DNA from: Camelus dromedarius
Lineage: Eukaryota
DNA length: 64,000 nucleotides
Direction of reading: 5' to 3'
Assembly: GCF_036321535.1 (NCBI RefSeq)
Contig: NC_087436.1
Span: 54,686,001 to 54,750,000 of the forward strand
Numbering within the stretch: the stretch's first letter is position 1; each line of letters begins with the position of its first letter. The position numbers were made by a program, and so were the translations under genes. Positions 35,601-50,420 of this stretch are shown piece after piece. Below the pieces are notes generated by a model, which saw only the letters and a list, made by a program, of their open reading frames with translations, was not told where the DNA came from and made no database searches.

Positions 35601-38600
35601 CCTTAACTGTTTGTATAAAATGTCTGACTCCTTAAAGAGTGATGGTATCCAAATTAAACTTAAGCAAGGGGGCTGTGTTATTTCTGAATTGAAGCTTTAT
35701 TCTAGGCAAGAAGGCAAATGGCATTTAGAAAAAGGATGGTAAGATGATTCTTGAAGATTCTTTGCATTTTCTCTTTCCAGATATGCATAAAGACATTTAT
35801 AAAACTTAAGGAAGGCAAACCATGTTGGAAACTTACCAGATTGCTCTTCTGGTTTTAACAGTGCCTTTGAACTTTGTGTTCCTGCCATTCTCGGAGTGTG
35901 AAATTGTCCATGATTCTTTTGTGTTTACAAATGTACAATTGTTTTGTATTTCTTTTTATTACAAAAGATTTTGAAAATACATTTTTGGAATATTTACATA
36001 TGTGTAATATAGATATACTTTGGAATGAAGGCAAAACAAAGCAGGAAAACATCTTTGGTAATTGCTGAAGTTATGCATAATATTTTAGTTTAAGCACTGT
36101 TGTGAAGATAATGTAAAATATTTCACATACTGAAAATATATTTTAGTAATTTTCTGGCTCTTAAACATTTAAGGAACATCTGCTTCAAAATGCAAACTTA
36201 AATAAAATAAAATAAACATTTTAAGAATTGCTTTATTTTGTTGTTTGCTTGTAAAGATTCCCTACCTAAGATAAATTATACCATATAAATGGTTGCAAAA
36301 ATGATTCTAATTGATTTTTAAATGTGCTTTTTCTTTATTAGTCTTTTAAAAAATTGCTTTGATTTCTATTGGCCAAAGTCTCTTAATATGTGAATTTTTC
36401 CCCTATAGACTCCATTTTCTATATGCTTCTATGTTATTAAATAAAATCCAATTCAAAGGCATTTGTTGACTTTTTGAACATGCTTGTAACAAAGTACATA
36501 AAGATGAAAATCTTAAAGATCACCTGACCTCTGCTTCACTGCAAAACTGATATATATGAAATTGGCTTCTAGCTTATTATCATTCAAAAAAAACCCAAGT
36601 CAATCCAAGATATTGAACCTTCAAGATCATTTTAGGAAAAAGATATCAAGACAAGAAGCAATATTCTTAGCCAGAATATTTGTCTTATTGAGGGTGGAAT
36701 CCCTGAGAACAGGTATATGGTCCCTTCCACATGCTCTTCACAGCAGCCATAAGAAAGAAGACTTTTCACTGGTGCCCTAGGCAGGGACACTTATCTTCCC
36801 TATCTCCACCTGTCTCTATTTTATTTATTGGTTTAGATTTGGTTAGATATTTTATTAAACGGCAGTAACATAAGCAAGATAAAAGTTTATTACTTTCTTA
36901 TACAAAACTTTTGCTCCTAGGATAACGACGCCATGTTAATGTCATCACATTTGACTTTTTGGCCCAAAGAAGGAGAAAACAAAAGGCAAAAAGGGAATCT
37001 CTTCCAGAAAAATTCAGAGAACTATCAGTTCACTGAGAATAACTTTAAGGCTAATGTTGTATACTATATTAACTCTTTTCACGAGAATATTTATGAAAAT
37101 GTTTATGAATATATACTAAGTTGATTTTCTAGGATTTGACAGGATCTGTTTATTCTTTTCCTAGTCTAGATTCATTAAAATTATATGGGGAATATGGACG
37201 TAAACAGTTGCAGTTTTCTATATCTTTTATGCTTTTGTGACATAAGATAAAAATCAGTTCATTCCAAAATGACAGATCAATCCTTCCTAAATATTGTTTT
37301 CCATTCCTCATGCAGTACTAAGATGAGAGAATCCCCTCATGTAAATGTAAAAAGAGGCACTGTGGGCACTGGCTCACATCCCCAGTGAGCTGACTGGACC
37401 GAGCAAATAAACACCACTTCTCAATGATACCTGAAAAAGTGAATTCTTTTGGATTAGGTGCCCTCACAAATGAAAGCATCCTTCTATTTCTTTTCCCTGC
37501 TTAATTCTGAAGCTTGACACAGAAACAAACCTGTAACTTCAAAGACATAGGGAGCGTTAGTTGTGCTGAGTGCATATCCAGCTCTGCTGTAACACAGGTT
37601 CCTGAGAAATCTGTTGAGAATATGAATTTACATGAAAAAATTCCTGAGTAAAGGGTCAAAACTAAAATTCCTCTTCTTTCCTCCTACATCGATTATATGA
37701 AAATCCAAGATGTGTTTATCTAGCTAGAATCACAGTTGTCTTTGATAACAGTATCCCTTCATTTGATCCAAATAAACAAGTGGAAAAGATGGCAACTACT
37801 CATATCAACAACCAAATTTCTCAGGGACAGAAAGAATTCAGAGCAGTTACATTGCACATATAATTAATCTAACCACCCACACAAGCAGTTACACAAATTT
37901 TATAGAAAGAACTATTTTTACGCACATCTTTCTATCCAGTTACACCCTCAGGAATCAGTATCACTGAATATAAAGGAAATCCTTATGTGTACAGTACACA
38001 AGAATACTGAGGTACACTGCTTGGACTTCTGGTGTTTCTGAATGCCTAATGCCTGAGATTTTAATGTGCAGCTGCACTGTGAATGCACTGTAAATACTGC
38101 CACCACTTGTGTATTGTATTAATTTTGTAAAGTCAGAAAATCTGTCCTTTGTGGATAGAGACAAGTGGACACAAGCTTATAATCTTTGCAGAAGCATCAA
38201 TTTTCTCATATGCAGCTGTGAAAGTAGGTTGGGTGCATTTAATTAGGTTATTTGCACCATGTTGTTGAACCAAATGGCTGCTCATTTCAACATTCCACTT
38301 ATTATTTTTGCAGATCTGCATAGATGTCTGGGCTGAATTAAACATGTAGCACACAGAGCAGATCTGTTTACTTTAAAATCTAAATTTTTATTGCTTACTC
38401 AGAATGAGTCTGTTAATCTAGGAAGACAAAAAGTTGATATTTATCATTTGGACTGGAGTAAAATTTATACGCATTCCTTTAATATATAAATTATAAAAAG
38501 TCAAAATGTGCATAAGGCACTCATTATTGTGCTTGATTAGAGGTATTTACCATGCTCTGCTTGCTTTTATTTATTTTTTTTAACATTCTAATGTGTGCCA

Positions 38601-38629
38601 ATAAACACTCTTAGGAGTGTTATTAGACC

Positions 38630-38955
38630 AAATTTGAATGAAATGAGGGGGCAAAATTACATGAAAATATAATGAAAAGGGTTTTCAGGCAGAGAAGCTT
38701 CAAGTATAAAGGTCCTAATTGGGTACAGGTGTATTGGGTCTTAGAAGTAGCTAGAAAAGAATGAGATGAAGATTGGTTAAGAGATGAAATCAAGGAGATA
38801 TTCTGGAATCCAATCATGCAAAACCTTTTAAGGACATTGTAAGAACTTTGAAATTTATTCTAAATGTGTAGGAAGTCACTGGAGAATTTTAAGCAAAGGA
38901 ATGATGTGATAAGCTTTATGTTTTAAAAGGATATATCTGGTTGCTGTGTGGTGCA
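38630..38955 (-). mobile_element. L2 fragment
   Basis: ggaagtcactggagaattttaagcaaaggaatgatgtgat..ttttaaaaggat..ctggttgctgtgtgg. Confidence 0.75.
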
Positions 38956-39633
38956 GAAACTCACCATTCATAGGAACTATCTATGAATATTACTTTTTCT
39001 TTCTTTAACATAATGATATGATTAGTTGTACTGGTGTATTTCCTGGTATTAAACTATCTGTGAAGTAAACTCTACTCTGTATTGGGTATCACATGCAGTT
39101 GATTTTAAGTTATCATTTTCTCTGGGATAGTTACCTTAATGAATGAGCTTTCTTTTCCAAGCTTTATCAGAAAGCTGGGAGAAACAGAGGCAGGTACTGT
39201 TAAATTAAAACTGGGTATCTTATTGATATATACTTGAAAGTTTCAATTATTTATGTCTGAAACATACCTAGGAAAGTGATCAGAAAAGAGCTGGCAAATG
39301 TAAAACTATATTCAGCTTAGCAAAGTATAATTTTTAAATGGATGGGTTGTAATCACTATTTTTCACCCTTTGCCATTAGATAGAAAGTGAGAAAAATCTA
39401 GCATCTGAAACAATACAAACATTTGCTAAAACAACATTTTACTGATTTTGATGCTTTCATTCTTTAATGGAACAAAGCAGGAAATGAGTAAGTGAATGGA
39501 TGGATGGATGAATATATCACCACCATTTGCATAGTACTTTTCAGAATACAAAGCTCCTTTCCTCAGTATCACTCACAATAACTTCTGCGATGAAAACTCT
39601 AAGAAGTAAGTTATTCCAAGGGTTTAACAGAAG

Positions 39634-39848
39634 CAGTACACTAAAGTGGTTAAGGACACCTAGAATGCTAGGATACAAGTCCTGCCTGGCCTTTTACATG
39701 TCATACCTGGTAAACAACCTCTTTGCCCCCAGTCACCTCATCTGTAAGATGGAAATAATAATACTTTATAGTTTTATTGTGAACATTAAACAAATAAGGC
39801 ATTTTAGAACAGTACTTGAGAACAGTATGTGTTCAATAAATATTTGCT
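39634..39848 (+). mobile_element. MIR
   Basis: cagta..gtggttaagga..cctcatctgtaagatggaaataataatac..tcaataaatatttgct. Confidence 0.8.
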
Positions 39849-40920
39849 TAAAAAGATAATGGAGGTACTATTAATTATATGGAATAGAATTGGCTGCAAA
39901 CAAGTTGTTTCAAAGTAGCAGTCTTTCCGTTAATAAAACTAATAAAAATGCAACCACAAAGGTCAGGCTAAACAGTTTGCTCTGTCACTCAATGTTCTCA
40001 TATTAAAGAAAGATAATGAATACTTAGTGTTTTGCACAGTAACTGGCACGTAAGTGTCATGTGTCTTATAAAGGTATTTAGTCAAGCTAGGGACCTATTT
40101 TAGGGCTAAAGCATTCATATAAATACAGTATGTTGTTGGAGACAGTGGCAAGCTATACACTAGCCAGAGACTTTCTACTTGTCTTTACTGGCTATAGGCA
40201 CCTCTTTTCAAAGCACAGCTTGTTACATTGCCCTAAATGCCATTCAACCCAGTTTTCCTCTAGGTGTCCATATGGACGATGGTATTTTGCAGTGTTACTA
40301 ATCTACTGGGCAACAATGTCATTTTCGGAGACTAGAGAAGACTATGGTATCTGGCCAGGGCTGTCTGTCACTCCCCCACATTCATCAGTAAGCATGGCAA
40401 CAGAAGATTCTGCACACAGTGCCACCTGTGTATTCAAAAGCTTTCACTCCCCTTTACTCTGAGTTTGCTCAGTTTGGAAGCATGACCAAACTCTAAAAGT
40501 CACACAGCAGCTGGGTGGGAGGAGAAGATAAAAATTGGGCCAGAAAAATTCTTCCCAGACCACCTGAAGATGTATTTCTAAATGTATCACCAGATCTGAA
40601 AATGTTCTATCTGAAATGAATGCATGTACTGCCTAACATGAATAAATGTATAATACTAACATTTTTTCATAGTGTAATAAAAATAAATCTACGAATGTGA
40701 ATAGTTAGTCCCGTTTATGCCATCATCTCAGATATCTGGGAGTGATAATTAAGAACCTGGCATTTGGCAAGTTTTTGCCATAATAGTCATGGTGTCTTTG
40801 TTTGCGTGTGTGTCTGTGTCTGTGTGTGGTCAAGTAATAGATGGCTATTTCAGCTGAACACGTAGTAGTCTCCAGAAGTTTGTCTCTCTCTTTTTTTTGA
40901 AAAGCATTTCAGGTTGAATC

Positions 40921-40948
40921 TTTTTTTTTTTTTTTTTTTTTTTTTTTT
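40921..40948. repeat. poly(T) run, 28 nt
   Basis: Read directly. No attached retroelement body seen. Confidence 0.9.
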
Positions 40949-42299
40949 GGTGTTGAGGTATTCTGTCTTTTATGGTAAGTGCTTCAGAATGTACTCCTGG
41001 AGAAAACACAGCCTTATTATTATATAACCCTGTTAACAGTGAACAAATGAATTTTATTTAAATTAATAAAAATGGCAGTCAAATAGAGAAAGGTTGAAGA
41101 CTTGGAATTTTGGGGGGAAATATATAAGCTAACATTTCTTAGAATTCATATCCTCATGAAATACTTCTGTGGTATCTTTCCATTCCTCTTCTCTGTGGAA
41201 TAATAATTAATCTAATAAACCCTTCTGCAAATATAAAACCTGCCTCAACTACTTAGTGAGTTTGTTTTTAAATTTAGTTACTCCTCATACACTTTTAAGT
41301 GTCTTTCGTTAAAACAGTTTTAATCATGAGGAAATTGGGTGAACTCATGACTAAAACTCTTTAGAGAATAGTCTTAAATGTCTGGCATCATATTTCCTAA
41401 GCAGTCTTTCTGCCTCAGAAAATGATTTATTAACCAGAGTTCAACTGCCTTTTGCTTTTGTTGTCGATGACAAAAGGCATGTTTAAGCATGTTAAATTGG
41501 CTTAACATAGTGGACAGAAATGATGGTTTACCGTAGCAGAATTTGCTGCCAATGCATATTTCTTCTTTGTGTTACATATAGGGAATAGTTAATCTGACCT
41601 CAAAGAAAAGAAACATATGCTCCCTTAGATAAGGTTCTAGAGATGAATGAGTCTGTCTGCTATGCAGCATTTGTTGGTCAGAGAAAAGGGAGAAAAAAGG
41701 AGAGTGGAAAATAAGCAGAAAATGGACTCACCAAAGGCTTGATTCTAAAGGAAAAAAAGTGAAATAAAACAGAGAAATGACACATAAAATGGAATGGAAG
41801 TGGGGTGAACAGATGGGGAATGAAAATAAGCACAGGTATATTGGCGGTCAGCAGTCTCTCTGGGGTCACATTTGTGATTTGTCTCTCAGCAAATGGTTCT
41901 GGAATGTTAAAACAGTCAATGTGCCTATTTCTACTGAATTAGTTTGTCAAAAACAAATAAACAGGCTCAATTTGAGGACCATGGTCCATCAATTATATGA
42001 TTCCAACAGGCACAATGATTATCCAAATTCCATTTGAGCGACATCTCTGTGTGCTGAATAAATTAAGACTGCGGAGTTCTTGGCCCAGTGTGGTGTGTTT
42101 CATGTAGCTGGGAGCTGAAAGTGGTGGTTGTCACCTCATTCACATCATCAGGACAGTTCAGGATGGCCGTACTCAAGTTCCATAACTGCTTTGCCATCTA
42201 TGACACTGTCTCATTTTGCGCCTGTATCTCTTACTCACTAACCTTTTCTCATTCTCTCGCACTCTAACCCGCTTTCTAAACTGGTTGTATTTTATTTTA

Positions 42300-43380
42300 T
42301 TAGAAATAGTTATGCCAGGTAACTTCTCTTGATCTTCCAACATTACTCAATTTATTGAGCACAACTTTATTCTTAAAAATGATCCTTTTATTTTCAAGAT
42401 GCTTCACTTACCTGCTTCTCCTACCTTTCTGATCATTTCTTGTTTCCTCCTTCCCCTTCTCTCTCTCCCTTTCAAAATGTTTATAAACCAATAATAGTCA
42501 GTGAGAAAAGTGCTCTTTTGTCAAATAAATTTAGAAAACACTAATAATTATATCCTTTTTTGATTACTTACCAAAGCATATTAGATTATTTTAAAGTTCT
42601 ATATTAAAGAACTTTGTGTTTAACTCAACATCTAACACTATTTCAAACTCTTGTTTTGGTTCCTTGGTTCTTGCTATGATTGAATGCATCATGTACCTGC
42701 AAGTAACTCTATGTAATCTCAAGAATTAATCCAACATTTCCAGTTACCTGTTGGATATCTTGGTCTGAAGATCATGCCAGAACTTTAAATTCAATATTAA
42801 AAGACACAACAGTTTTTCCTCTTGATAAAAGTATTTATCACTTGGCTTCAATGAGCCAGGTTCTGCTAGGTGTTAAGGATAGAGTGATGAATAGGACGTC
42901 GTTTCTTTGGTGGAGGTAAGTAAACAGAAAGTGGGGTGGGGGTTGGGAGAGATGAAGACAAGAAGGGAAATTGAGATCCAAACCAGGATCAAATCATGAA
43001 AAGCACTGAATGTCATGCTATGGAGTCTGAAGTTTCCTTAACAACAAAAGGCAACTCTTGAAGGATTTTAAGGCAAGGGATGATTAGATTTTTGTTTTTT
43101 TAAAGACCAATATGAGTCCAGGATGAGGTATGCATTAAAGCAAGGGAAGACTAAAGTCTGTGAAATCAGTTACCATAAGAAAATGAGATAACTTTATGAA
43201 ATTAATCAGAATCTGCCTTATGTTATTCTTTGGTGTGAGTATTTTTCTATTTCCTCTACTAAATGTGAGGTTCTTAATGTCAGTAACTTATCCTTGCATA
43301 CTTGCCCATCCACCCTTGGCACATTTCTCTGCACATACTAGATGCTTTTTTAATGACTGCTTGGTGAATAAATAAATATG
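42300..43380. mobile_element. Cluster of degraded L2 fragments on both strands, with a MER103-like piece (~42500-42630)
   Basis: gccaggttctgctaggtgttaaggatagagtgatgaatagga (L2 antisense); tgtcaaataaatttagaaaacac..catattagatt (MER103-like). Confidence 0.55.
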
Positions 43381-44504
43381 AACTTGTTACTGTATAAAAT
43401 ATGTTGTAGAGCACATTTCCTCAAAGGACTGACAAGAAAAAAAAATTAATGAGAACCAAGAGAAATAGGAAATTAGTGATGGGTGAAGTATAATCATAAA
43501 GAAAATAAAATTTGACAATAGGAATTGCCTATTTAGGAAACATATTAGTTCAAAGGCCTGGCAATTTAGTACAAAGACTTTGACTTCTAAGTCACAGAAT
43601 TCTAGTCTTTCCATCACCATTTAAAAAAAATAAATTGTGGGGAAGCAGCCATTGCTCAACCTGCCACCCTTCTCTCTGGGATTCCCCAGTCAGTACCCTG
43701 GGCTGCAACATTCCCTCATATGGAAGACGAGGTGTCAGTTGGCTCCAGATTTTTCTTTCTTATTAGCAGAAAACTTTCCCATGTCTTGAGCACACAGTGA
43801 ATTTACTTGTCCTGCTTGCATGTGTGTTGTGTGGCCAGGCCCACAGTAAATCTGCCTTCCCCTGCCCAAGGCAGAGGGGACTTGGTCTACAGCATGAGAG
43901 GGGTGCTGCAGTCCCCTGCCCTGTGTCTGCTCTCAAGAGGGACCTGCTAGCCATGGGTGACAGCATACACTACAGGCACTCATCTCGCTGTATCTCTTCT
44001 CTTTTCTGTGAGAAAGACTTCTTCTAAACAGCAAATTGTTGAGTCCTCTTCAGCAACCCTGAACCCAGAGAAGACACAGTGGGCTGAGGTTTGTGGGCTC
44101 CCACTTCTGGGGGTTATCATTGTTACGATCTCTGCCATCTTTCATATGGTGGAAATTCTCACTTACCATGTATATCTGGTTCTTCCTGCTCAACCTAAAC
44201 CCATAGCTTGTAAAAACCAGAACATTCAGTAAAATTACTGGGTACACCAGTCTCAATTTGGTCACCATTCCTGAAGTGAAGCTCAGTACAGGATGCAGAA
44301 AATGAGTAAAAGGGAATCTTAAAATGCTGATGGTTCCTTCTCACTCTTGTAGAGACTATGAGGTTGAAGGAATGTTTTGAATATTCATGTTACTGTGTTT
44401 TTGAATGATAAATTTAAGCTAAGGGTCTAGAACTATTAATCCAGTTTCAGTGAACTCGGAGAAACTTGTCTACATTCTCAGCAAATGTTAAAAAAATACG
44501 TGGT

Positions 44505-44640
44505 TTCAATAATTTCTTGAGCATTTGTTATGTGCCAGGTTCTATCTCATATGAGTCATTTCCATCTACCCATTATCTCCACTGTAGAGACAGGAAAATT
44601 GAGGGTTATGGGGGTTAAATAACAGCTAACAACTGGCAAA
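44505..44640 (-). mobile_element. MIR fragment
   Basis: atttcttgagcatttgttatgtgccagg..gaaaattgagg..ggttaaataac. Confidence 0.65.
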
Positions 44641-47600
44641 ATATAGCTCTGTATTTCATGCTTCCCTCCTTTATTTGAAAGAAGAGAAAATAAATAGCTT
44701 TCTCATGAGTTCAGCAGTACCTAAGAACTCTTTTGGCCTCAGTTTGGATTAAAACTGCTAAAAAGCCATTTACTTCAATGGTATTTATTAAAAATTCTGT
44801 TATGCATGTCACTGTATTAATAAAAATGGAAATAGAAGCTACCATTAGAAAATACTTTTTCCTTTGGTTATATGTTCACCTGGATCAAAGACGTTATTTT
44901 CCTGATGCCAGGAAAAATGGCTCATATTTGTCCAATAAAAGTCTGAGTGCCCTGAAAATTCATGTCCTAGCAGCAGAGATTCACACATTTTGATGTGATC
45001 ATACAAAAATGTAGAAATATTGTTATTAGCCATATCACCAAAATATATTAAAATCAAGATGCAAAAAGCTCCAGTGATGACAACAAGGAGCAGTGTTGGT
45101 CCCCATGTTTGATGAGTATCCCAGACAAAGCTAGAGTTAATGCTTTATGTCTTCTAATAGACATTAAAAAAAATTCTTCTATTTTTAGCTTTTTAGATTG
45201 TCTTAGCTTTTGAATTGTCTTGACTTCTGGGTGGATAAAGCTGCTACTGAATTTGGTTTTGTATACTATGCTTAAAAGGAAACAAACACACCCTTTAAAA
45301 GGGTCAGCGGGGATATATGTAAAGAAAAAAGTAAATTACACCTGCAAAGAGCAGAGGAGTCAGGTAGCCTCAAATTGACTCATTAAAATCAGCTTCATCT
45401 AGTATCACAACCAGAGCCCTGCAAAAATCTACTCTGTGGGCAAGAAATAGCTGTGTCATACTTTAAAGGAAAATCATTGATCCTTTTTTTTTTCTCAACC
45501 TTGAAACACATAATGAAGTGCAGAAGGAAGAAAAGGAAGCTGTTCTGATTATTTTTCCTGAGACAGGAGGTAGAGAGGCCTGGACCTAATAGGCAGGTCG
45601 TTTTGGAAAAGCTATGACTGTATCAACTTCAAAGTAGTATGAATAGATGCTCAACCTTGAGCAGCTTGAACAAAATACTGCAGAACTTCTGGATGCCCAG
45701 AGAGCACATACAGAAGCCTCAATGAACAACGCTTTCAATACAGGTAGCTCATACATTTTCTCTTAAATTTAATGCTGAAGCTGAAGGCTGAAGTAGAATA
45801 GAAATAGACAATTCTCACCTTGGTGACATTTACTGACAGCAAAAATGATATATTATGGATAGAGCTCATTCTGCAAACTCTCAGAAACCAAGACTTTTAC
45901 TCTCAACTGGGAAACATTTGTAATAGGCAGAGGTTATGTTGAATTAGTATAGAGAGCAAGGACTAAATGCTTTTTAAACACAATCCTGGTTAGAATGTCC
46001 TTTTGCAGAAGTGTTCTAAGCGAATTTGCTTCCACAGGCCATAACATTTTCTACATTTGTACCATTCAGTGAAGTTTTATGTTCCTTTTAATTGGGTACC
46101 AGGAATTTTTGTTTCCATGATTAGAAATATGGCTTAAATATTTATGGAAACATAACTAAATATTGGATGAAACTCATTCATATTAATCTAAAGTTAATCC
46201 CTTTTACTTTATTGACTGAGTTGGGTGAGGTAAGAGAAGAGATACCTTCTTGGGATTCAGATGTTGAATGGAAGAAGACAAAAACAGTAGGAAAAAGTAT
46301 GCAGAGGAAAAGTTCAGCTACTTAATATTGGGGCAATAATGTGCTATTCTAATGCTTTCAGAGGCATTTCTCACAGGGAGTCTTACTTTTGTCCTGAGTT
46401 CAGGGTTACTGGAACTGAGGAATTGATGGTACAGACAAAGTTCAAACTCATTTCTCCTGATGTTCAAGGAGGTAAGCCTTTCATCTTAGAAAGGAGATAT
46501 ATTCTAATAACGTCAAGATAGTGGGAATAAAGTCATTCCGCTTAATCCCTAGGCAGTTTTTTTTTTTTTTTGGCAACATCACCAGGCACCCCCCTAAAAG
46601 AATGGGGCCAATGCTAATAGCCATGTGAAAATATTCTGTCCCCATTGCTCTACACAAAATGCAAGTTACTCCATAGGCCACTGAGAAAAAACCATTTCCC
46701 TTGTAATACTCAAATAGAAATTAGTGCAAAAGCAGTATCCGTACTGTTTTAAGAAACTTACTAAGATCAGATGACACAAATATTGTTTGAGCTTTATTAA
46801 GAATATACCAGTCTAACGGCTTTTTTTTGGTCTTAATATTAAGAGAGAAAAGTAACTTTTATTTTAAAGGGAGTCAAAGAAGATATATATGTAGAATTGT
46901 CTCAGACTTTTGTTCTATTCAAAAGTGAACATGGATCTGGTTCTAAATCATTTGCTAGGCTTAGATTTGGAAAAGATTTTCTCTAATTCAGGTAAACTGA
47001 TCCTCAAAAAACAAAAACCAAGAAGACAAGTTTTTTAACCTCCAAGTTGCCCTTTGCTGAAGCTTGTTGCTCCATAGGCTTCCCAGCTGGTGCATCTGGC
47101 TCCATGACAGGGCGTGTCAGGTTCTATCCGTCATGATGCTCCCCATGACATCATGGTTCAGAGACAAGTGCAGATGATGAAAGGAGATGGTGTCTCCTCA
47201 CAATATGAGGTCTCAGCTGGGGAAGGTCTCAGAGACCCTCCAACTCATTATTAAAAGGAACAACTTAGAAATGAAGCTCAACTTGCTAGGCAAATTGAAT
47301 TTTATTCAGTTCAAAATTTTATCTCAGAAAAAATTAAAAGCACATGGGTGTAAGCAGAGATGACAAAGTTGGGTTCAAAGATTTTGTTTAGTTTGGAGAT
47401 AGATGTTATAATTCTCCCACTTACTCAGCTTGGCTTTCCTCTCCCTTGCTAAGTTCTTTGATTTATTTGACCATTATTTTAAAAATACATTTATATTAGA
47501 AAAGCTTATCTGGGTTTTCTAATTGATGATACCATCTATCCTGATATTACTTAAATCTGCACAGTATATTACCTTTCAGAAATAAATGCTTTTTGTTTCA

Positions 47601-47829
47601 TGTTTTGTTAATTGCTGCCCAATGACACTTATGACCTTCATACATCCTCTCTGTGTTTATATGATATGATTTCATATGGAGGGAACTGAGACTGGTGTTG
47701 GTTAAGAAGTAAATTCAGATATAAAGAGAACAGAGATCCAGTTAGCTAAAAGTAAAGCATAAAACTGCAGAATATTAGAATTGGGTTTTCTTAGAAATTC
47801 TCTAATGCCTAAAATATATAGACTTAGAA

Positions 47830-47997
47830 TATTATTTCCACAAAATGTTCTGAAAAAAAAGTTCCACTGTTAAAGAAATATGAGTAATGATGTAAACTAT
47901 ACCATCATCTGGAGATGCTCATTGTATATTGTGTATTAAAGATCTAAGAATGTTTTCAAAAAAGCTGTTTCACATGTTTCTTCAGCATTTCCTCAAG
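47830..47997. mobile_element. MER103-like hAT fragment
   Basis: aaaagttccactgttaaa..ctggagatgctcattgtatattgtgtattaaagatctaaga..cagcatttcc. Confidence 0.55.
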
Positions 47998-47999
47998 GT

Positions 48000-49230
48000 A
48001 CTGTAGGGTGGTGGTGACAAGTCAAATAGATTTGGCTCAGAATCCTACTTTTACTATTCATTAACTGTGTGTACCTAGCAAGTCAGCTAGTAACCCTAAA
48101 TCTCAATTTCCTCATCTAGTAAATGAGGAATATTTACCACCTAAGGTTGAGGTGAGGATGAAATGATAAGATAATAGTAAACCTCTTAGCTTTGCAGCAT
48201 CTCATGTGCTCTTCAAATGGTAGCTTAATTAATGAGATACTTTGATGAAAGTGACACAGGAAGACAGAGATCTTTGGGGATGAATGCAATGCATAATTTT
48301 GAAAATTGTAATAAACTAATAGGGAAAGTAAAAGACGCTTGCAATACATAGAGTTACTAGCAAAATGTGAAATCTTTGGACATCTAATGCTGTCCTCTTT
48401 CCAGGATGGTTTAGGCATCTTTCATGGGTTATGGATTAGGTAATTACATAGACTAATGATAAGGGTAGACAATTTGGTACTGTATCATCTAGATTCAGAT
48501 TCTAACCTGCCAAATCCTAGTGCTATAATCTAAGTAAGTCACTTGACCTTTTGAGCCAGTTTTTCTATTTGTTAACCGTGAATGAAAGTATTATGCCTCT
48601 TTGTAAGAGCTGTTGAAGATACTTAAACTACAGAAAAGTTTTCATTTGTTGAGGGTTTACCATATCCTAGGCCACAGTTCCTAGGTAATAACAAATGTTT
48701 TACATACATTAAGTAACCAACTATTCATGAAAATGCTGTACAAATTATAATGCTATTTGTAAATATTAGTTAATATTAACAGTTAATGCTGCTCAGCACC
48801 CTGTAGTTTCTGAGTAGTTAACTAAATATCTGTATGACTTCAATGCCTCGATGTCTAGTAATTATATGGAGGAAAAAAGAGGATATACTTAGTCCCCAAG
48901 TAATTTTGAACTCTTAAAGAGGGTTTAAAATCTATTCTAACATCAAATTTAAACAATGCAAGAATCCAGGTTCCATTTGCCCTGTGCTATCTGGGATCTC
49001 TCTTTTCTTAGCTCAGGTTCTCAAGGTGCCTGTCCCTAAGCGACTATGGATGTGTTAGGGCTACATAAAACCTTTGGAGATGGGTCCAGTAGAAATGAAA
49101 GTCCATATTATTATTTTGATTTTTCATAAGAGAAAACTGAAGTTCAGACAAGCCAGCCAACAGAAAGTTAGAGTCAGGACATGAACCTAATTTTTAAATT
49201 TCAAAGTCTAAGCCATCTTCTACTGTGCCC
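48000..49230. mobile_element. Cluster of MIR fragments (48000-48225 +, 48460-48620 +, 49120-49225 -)
   Basis: tctcaatttcctcatctagtaaatgagg; aagtaagtcacttgaccttttgagcc; gagaaaactgaagttcagac. Confidence 0.7.
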
Positions 49231-49959
49231 AGGGTATGAAGAAGGAAAGATAATTTAACAGACGACTTCTAGAGCTGAAGCTCTATCAGATCAATTTTAT
49301 TAAAGGATTAATTTACTTTTACAAATATTCCCTGGGCATATATTGTATATTAAAAAGATAAATTTATTCCAGGAAGTTTTATATTAGTTGTTTATTTTTA
49401 TATTTATAAGTGGTTGCCAAAAACACTTAAGGAATGTTCAGTCTGTACATTATTGAGGACAAGAATTATAATCTCCCATATTCCCTTTATGGAGATAGAA
49501 AGTAAGCTGGATAATCTTTATTCAGCTCTAGTGCTATGCTCATTTTTTGTTTGGTTTTCCTCCTTTAAATTTTATATGTGTGCTTTCTAAAACACAAGGC
49601 AAGTATTGAGTAGTTAAATATATGATTTCCTAACCAGTATCTATCATTCAGGATTTTAAAAAATCCACTTTGAGTGAAAAATCTTTTGGGAAATAGCTTA
49701 TGATCATATAATCTGTATAGAACTTTAAGCAGTAAGCATACATTTCAATGAAAATTTGTGGAATATTTTTGGAGTCAAGGTGTCATGCAAGGTAGTAAAT
49801 GGCCTCCTGCTTTGAAGGAAATTAAGAACCTGGTGAGTGAGTGAGGTGGACAAAGACAGAGAATATTTAACTCACAGGGAACATATTGGGCCGGCACATG
49901 TACATATTGGGTCCTTTGCTCTGCCTGGATGTGCAAGCCAAGCTTCTCCTAGCATTCTA

Positions 49960-50420
49960 TCCGTTCATTCATTCAAGACATACTCACTGTGAGTCTGTCG
50001 GACACCAGGAACTTGACCAGTCTCTAGTGATACTACTATAAAAAAATTAATATAAACCTATAAACCTTGTCCTCAAGGAATTTGACTCTAATTGACATTA
50101 GTGACTATGCTATTATAATGCAGACTGACATAATGTAGGTAGTAGAAGAAGATGCTGGAATATATGGAACAGAAACTGACCAGACATGGGGACTCAGGGA
50201 TGGCTTTCTGAAAGAAGTGACATCTGAACTGATAATTGAAGTAAGAGGAAGAGTAGCCCCAGAAAAGTGGGGGAAGTGGAGGAAATATCCCAGCTTAGAG
50301 AGGAGCACAGAGGAAGAACCGCTGCAGCCTCATACTTGAGAACAAACAGAATTCAGCCAATTGAATAAAAGTTTTGGGAGAGAGAAAATCATATGTGAAG
50401 TTACAGAGAAATTAAATCAC
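49960..50420 (-). mobile_element. L2 fragment
   Basis: ttcattcattcaa..ccttgtcctcaagga..tcagggatggctttctgaaagaagtgacatctgaactga. Confidence 0.75.

Noticed and set aside
35830..36066. Minus-strand donor CTG|GTAAGT with short upstream ORFs
   Set aside because: No coherent acceptor and frame, and no recognisable peptide.
43957..44232. 91-aa ORF with a hydrophobic stretch; nearby minus-strand ATG|GTAAGT donor
   Set aside because: Non-ATG start, no known family, and consistent with chance.
45647..45766. 39-codon ATG ORF MLNLEQLEQNTAELLDAQRAHTEASMNNAFNT.. with flanking tag| and |gt
   Set aside because: It looks helical, but there is no polypyrimidine tract, the donor is weak, and I see no recognisable homology or partner exons.
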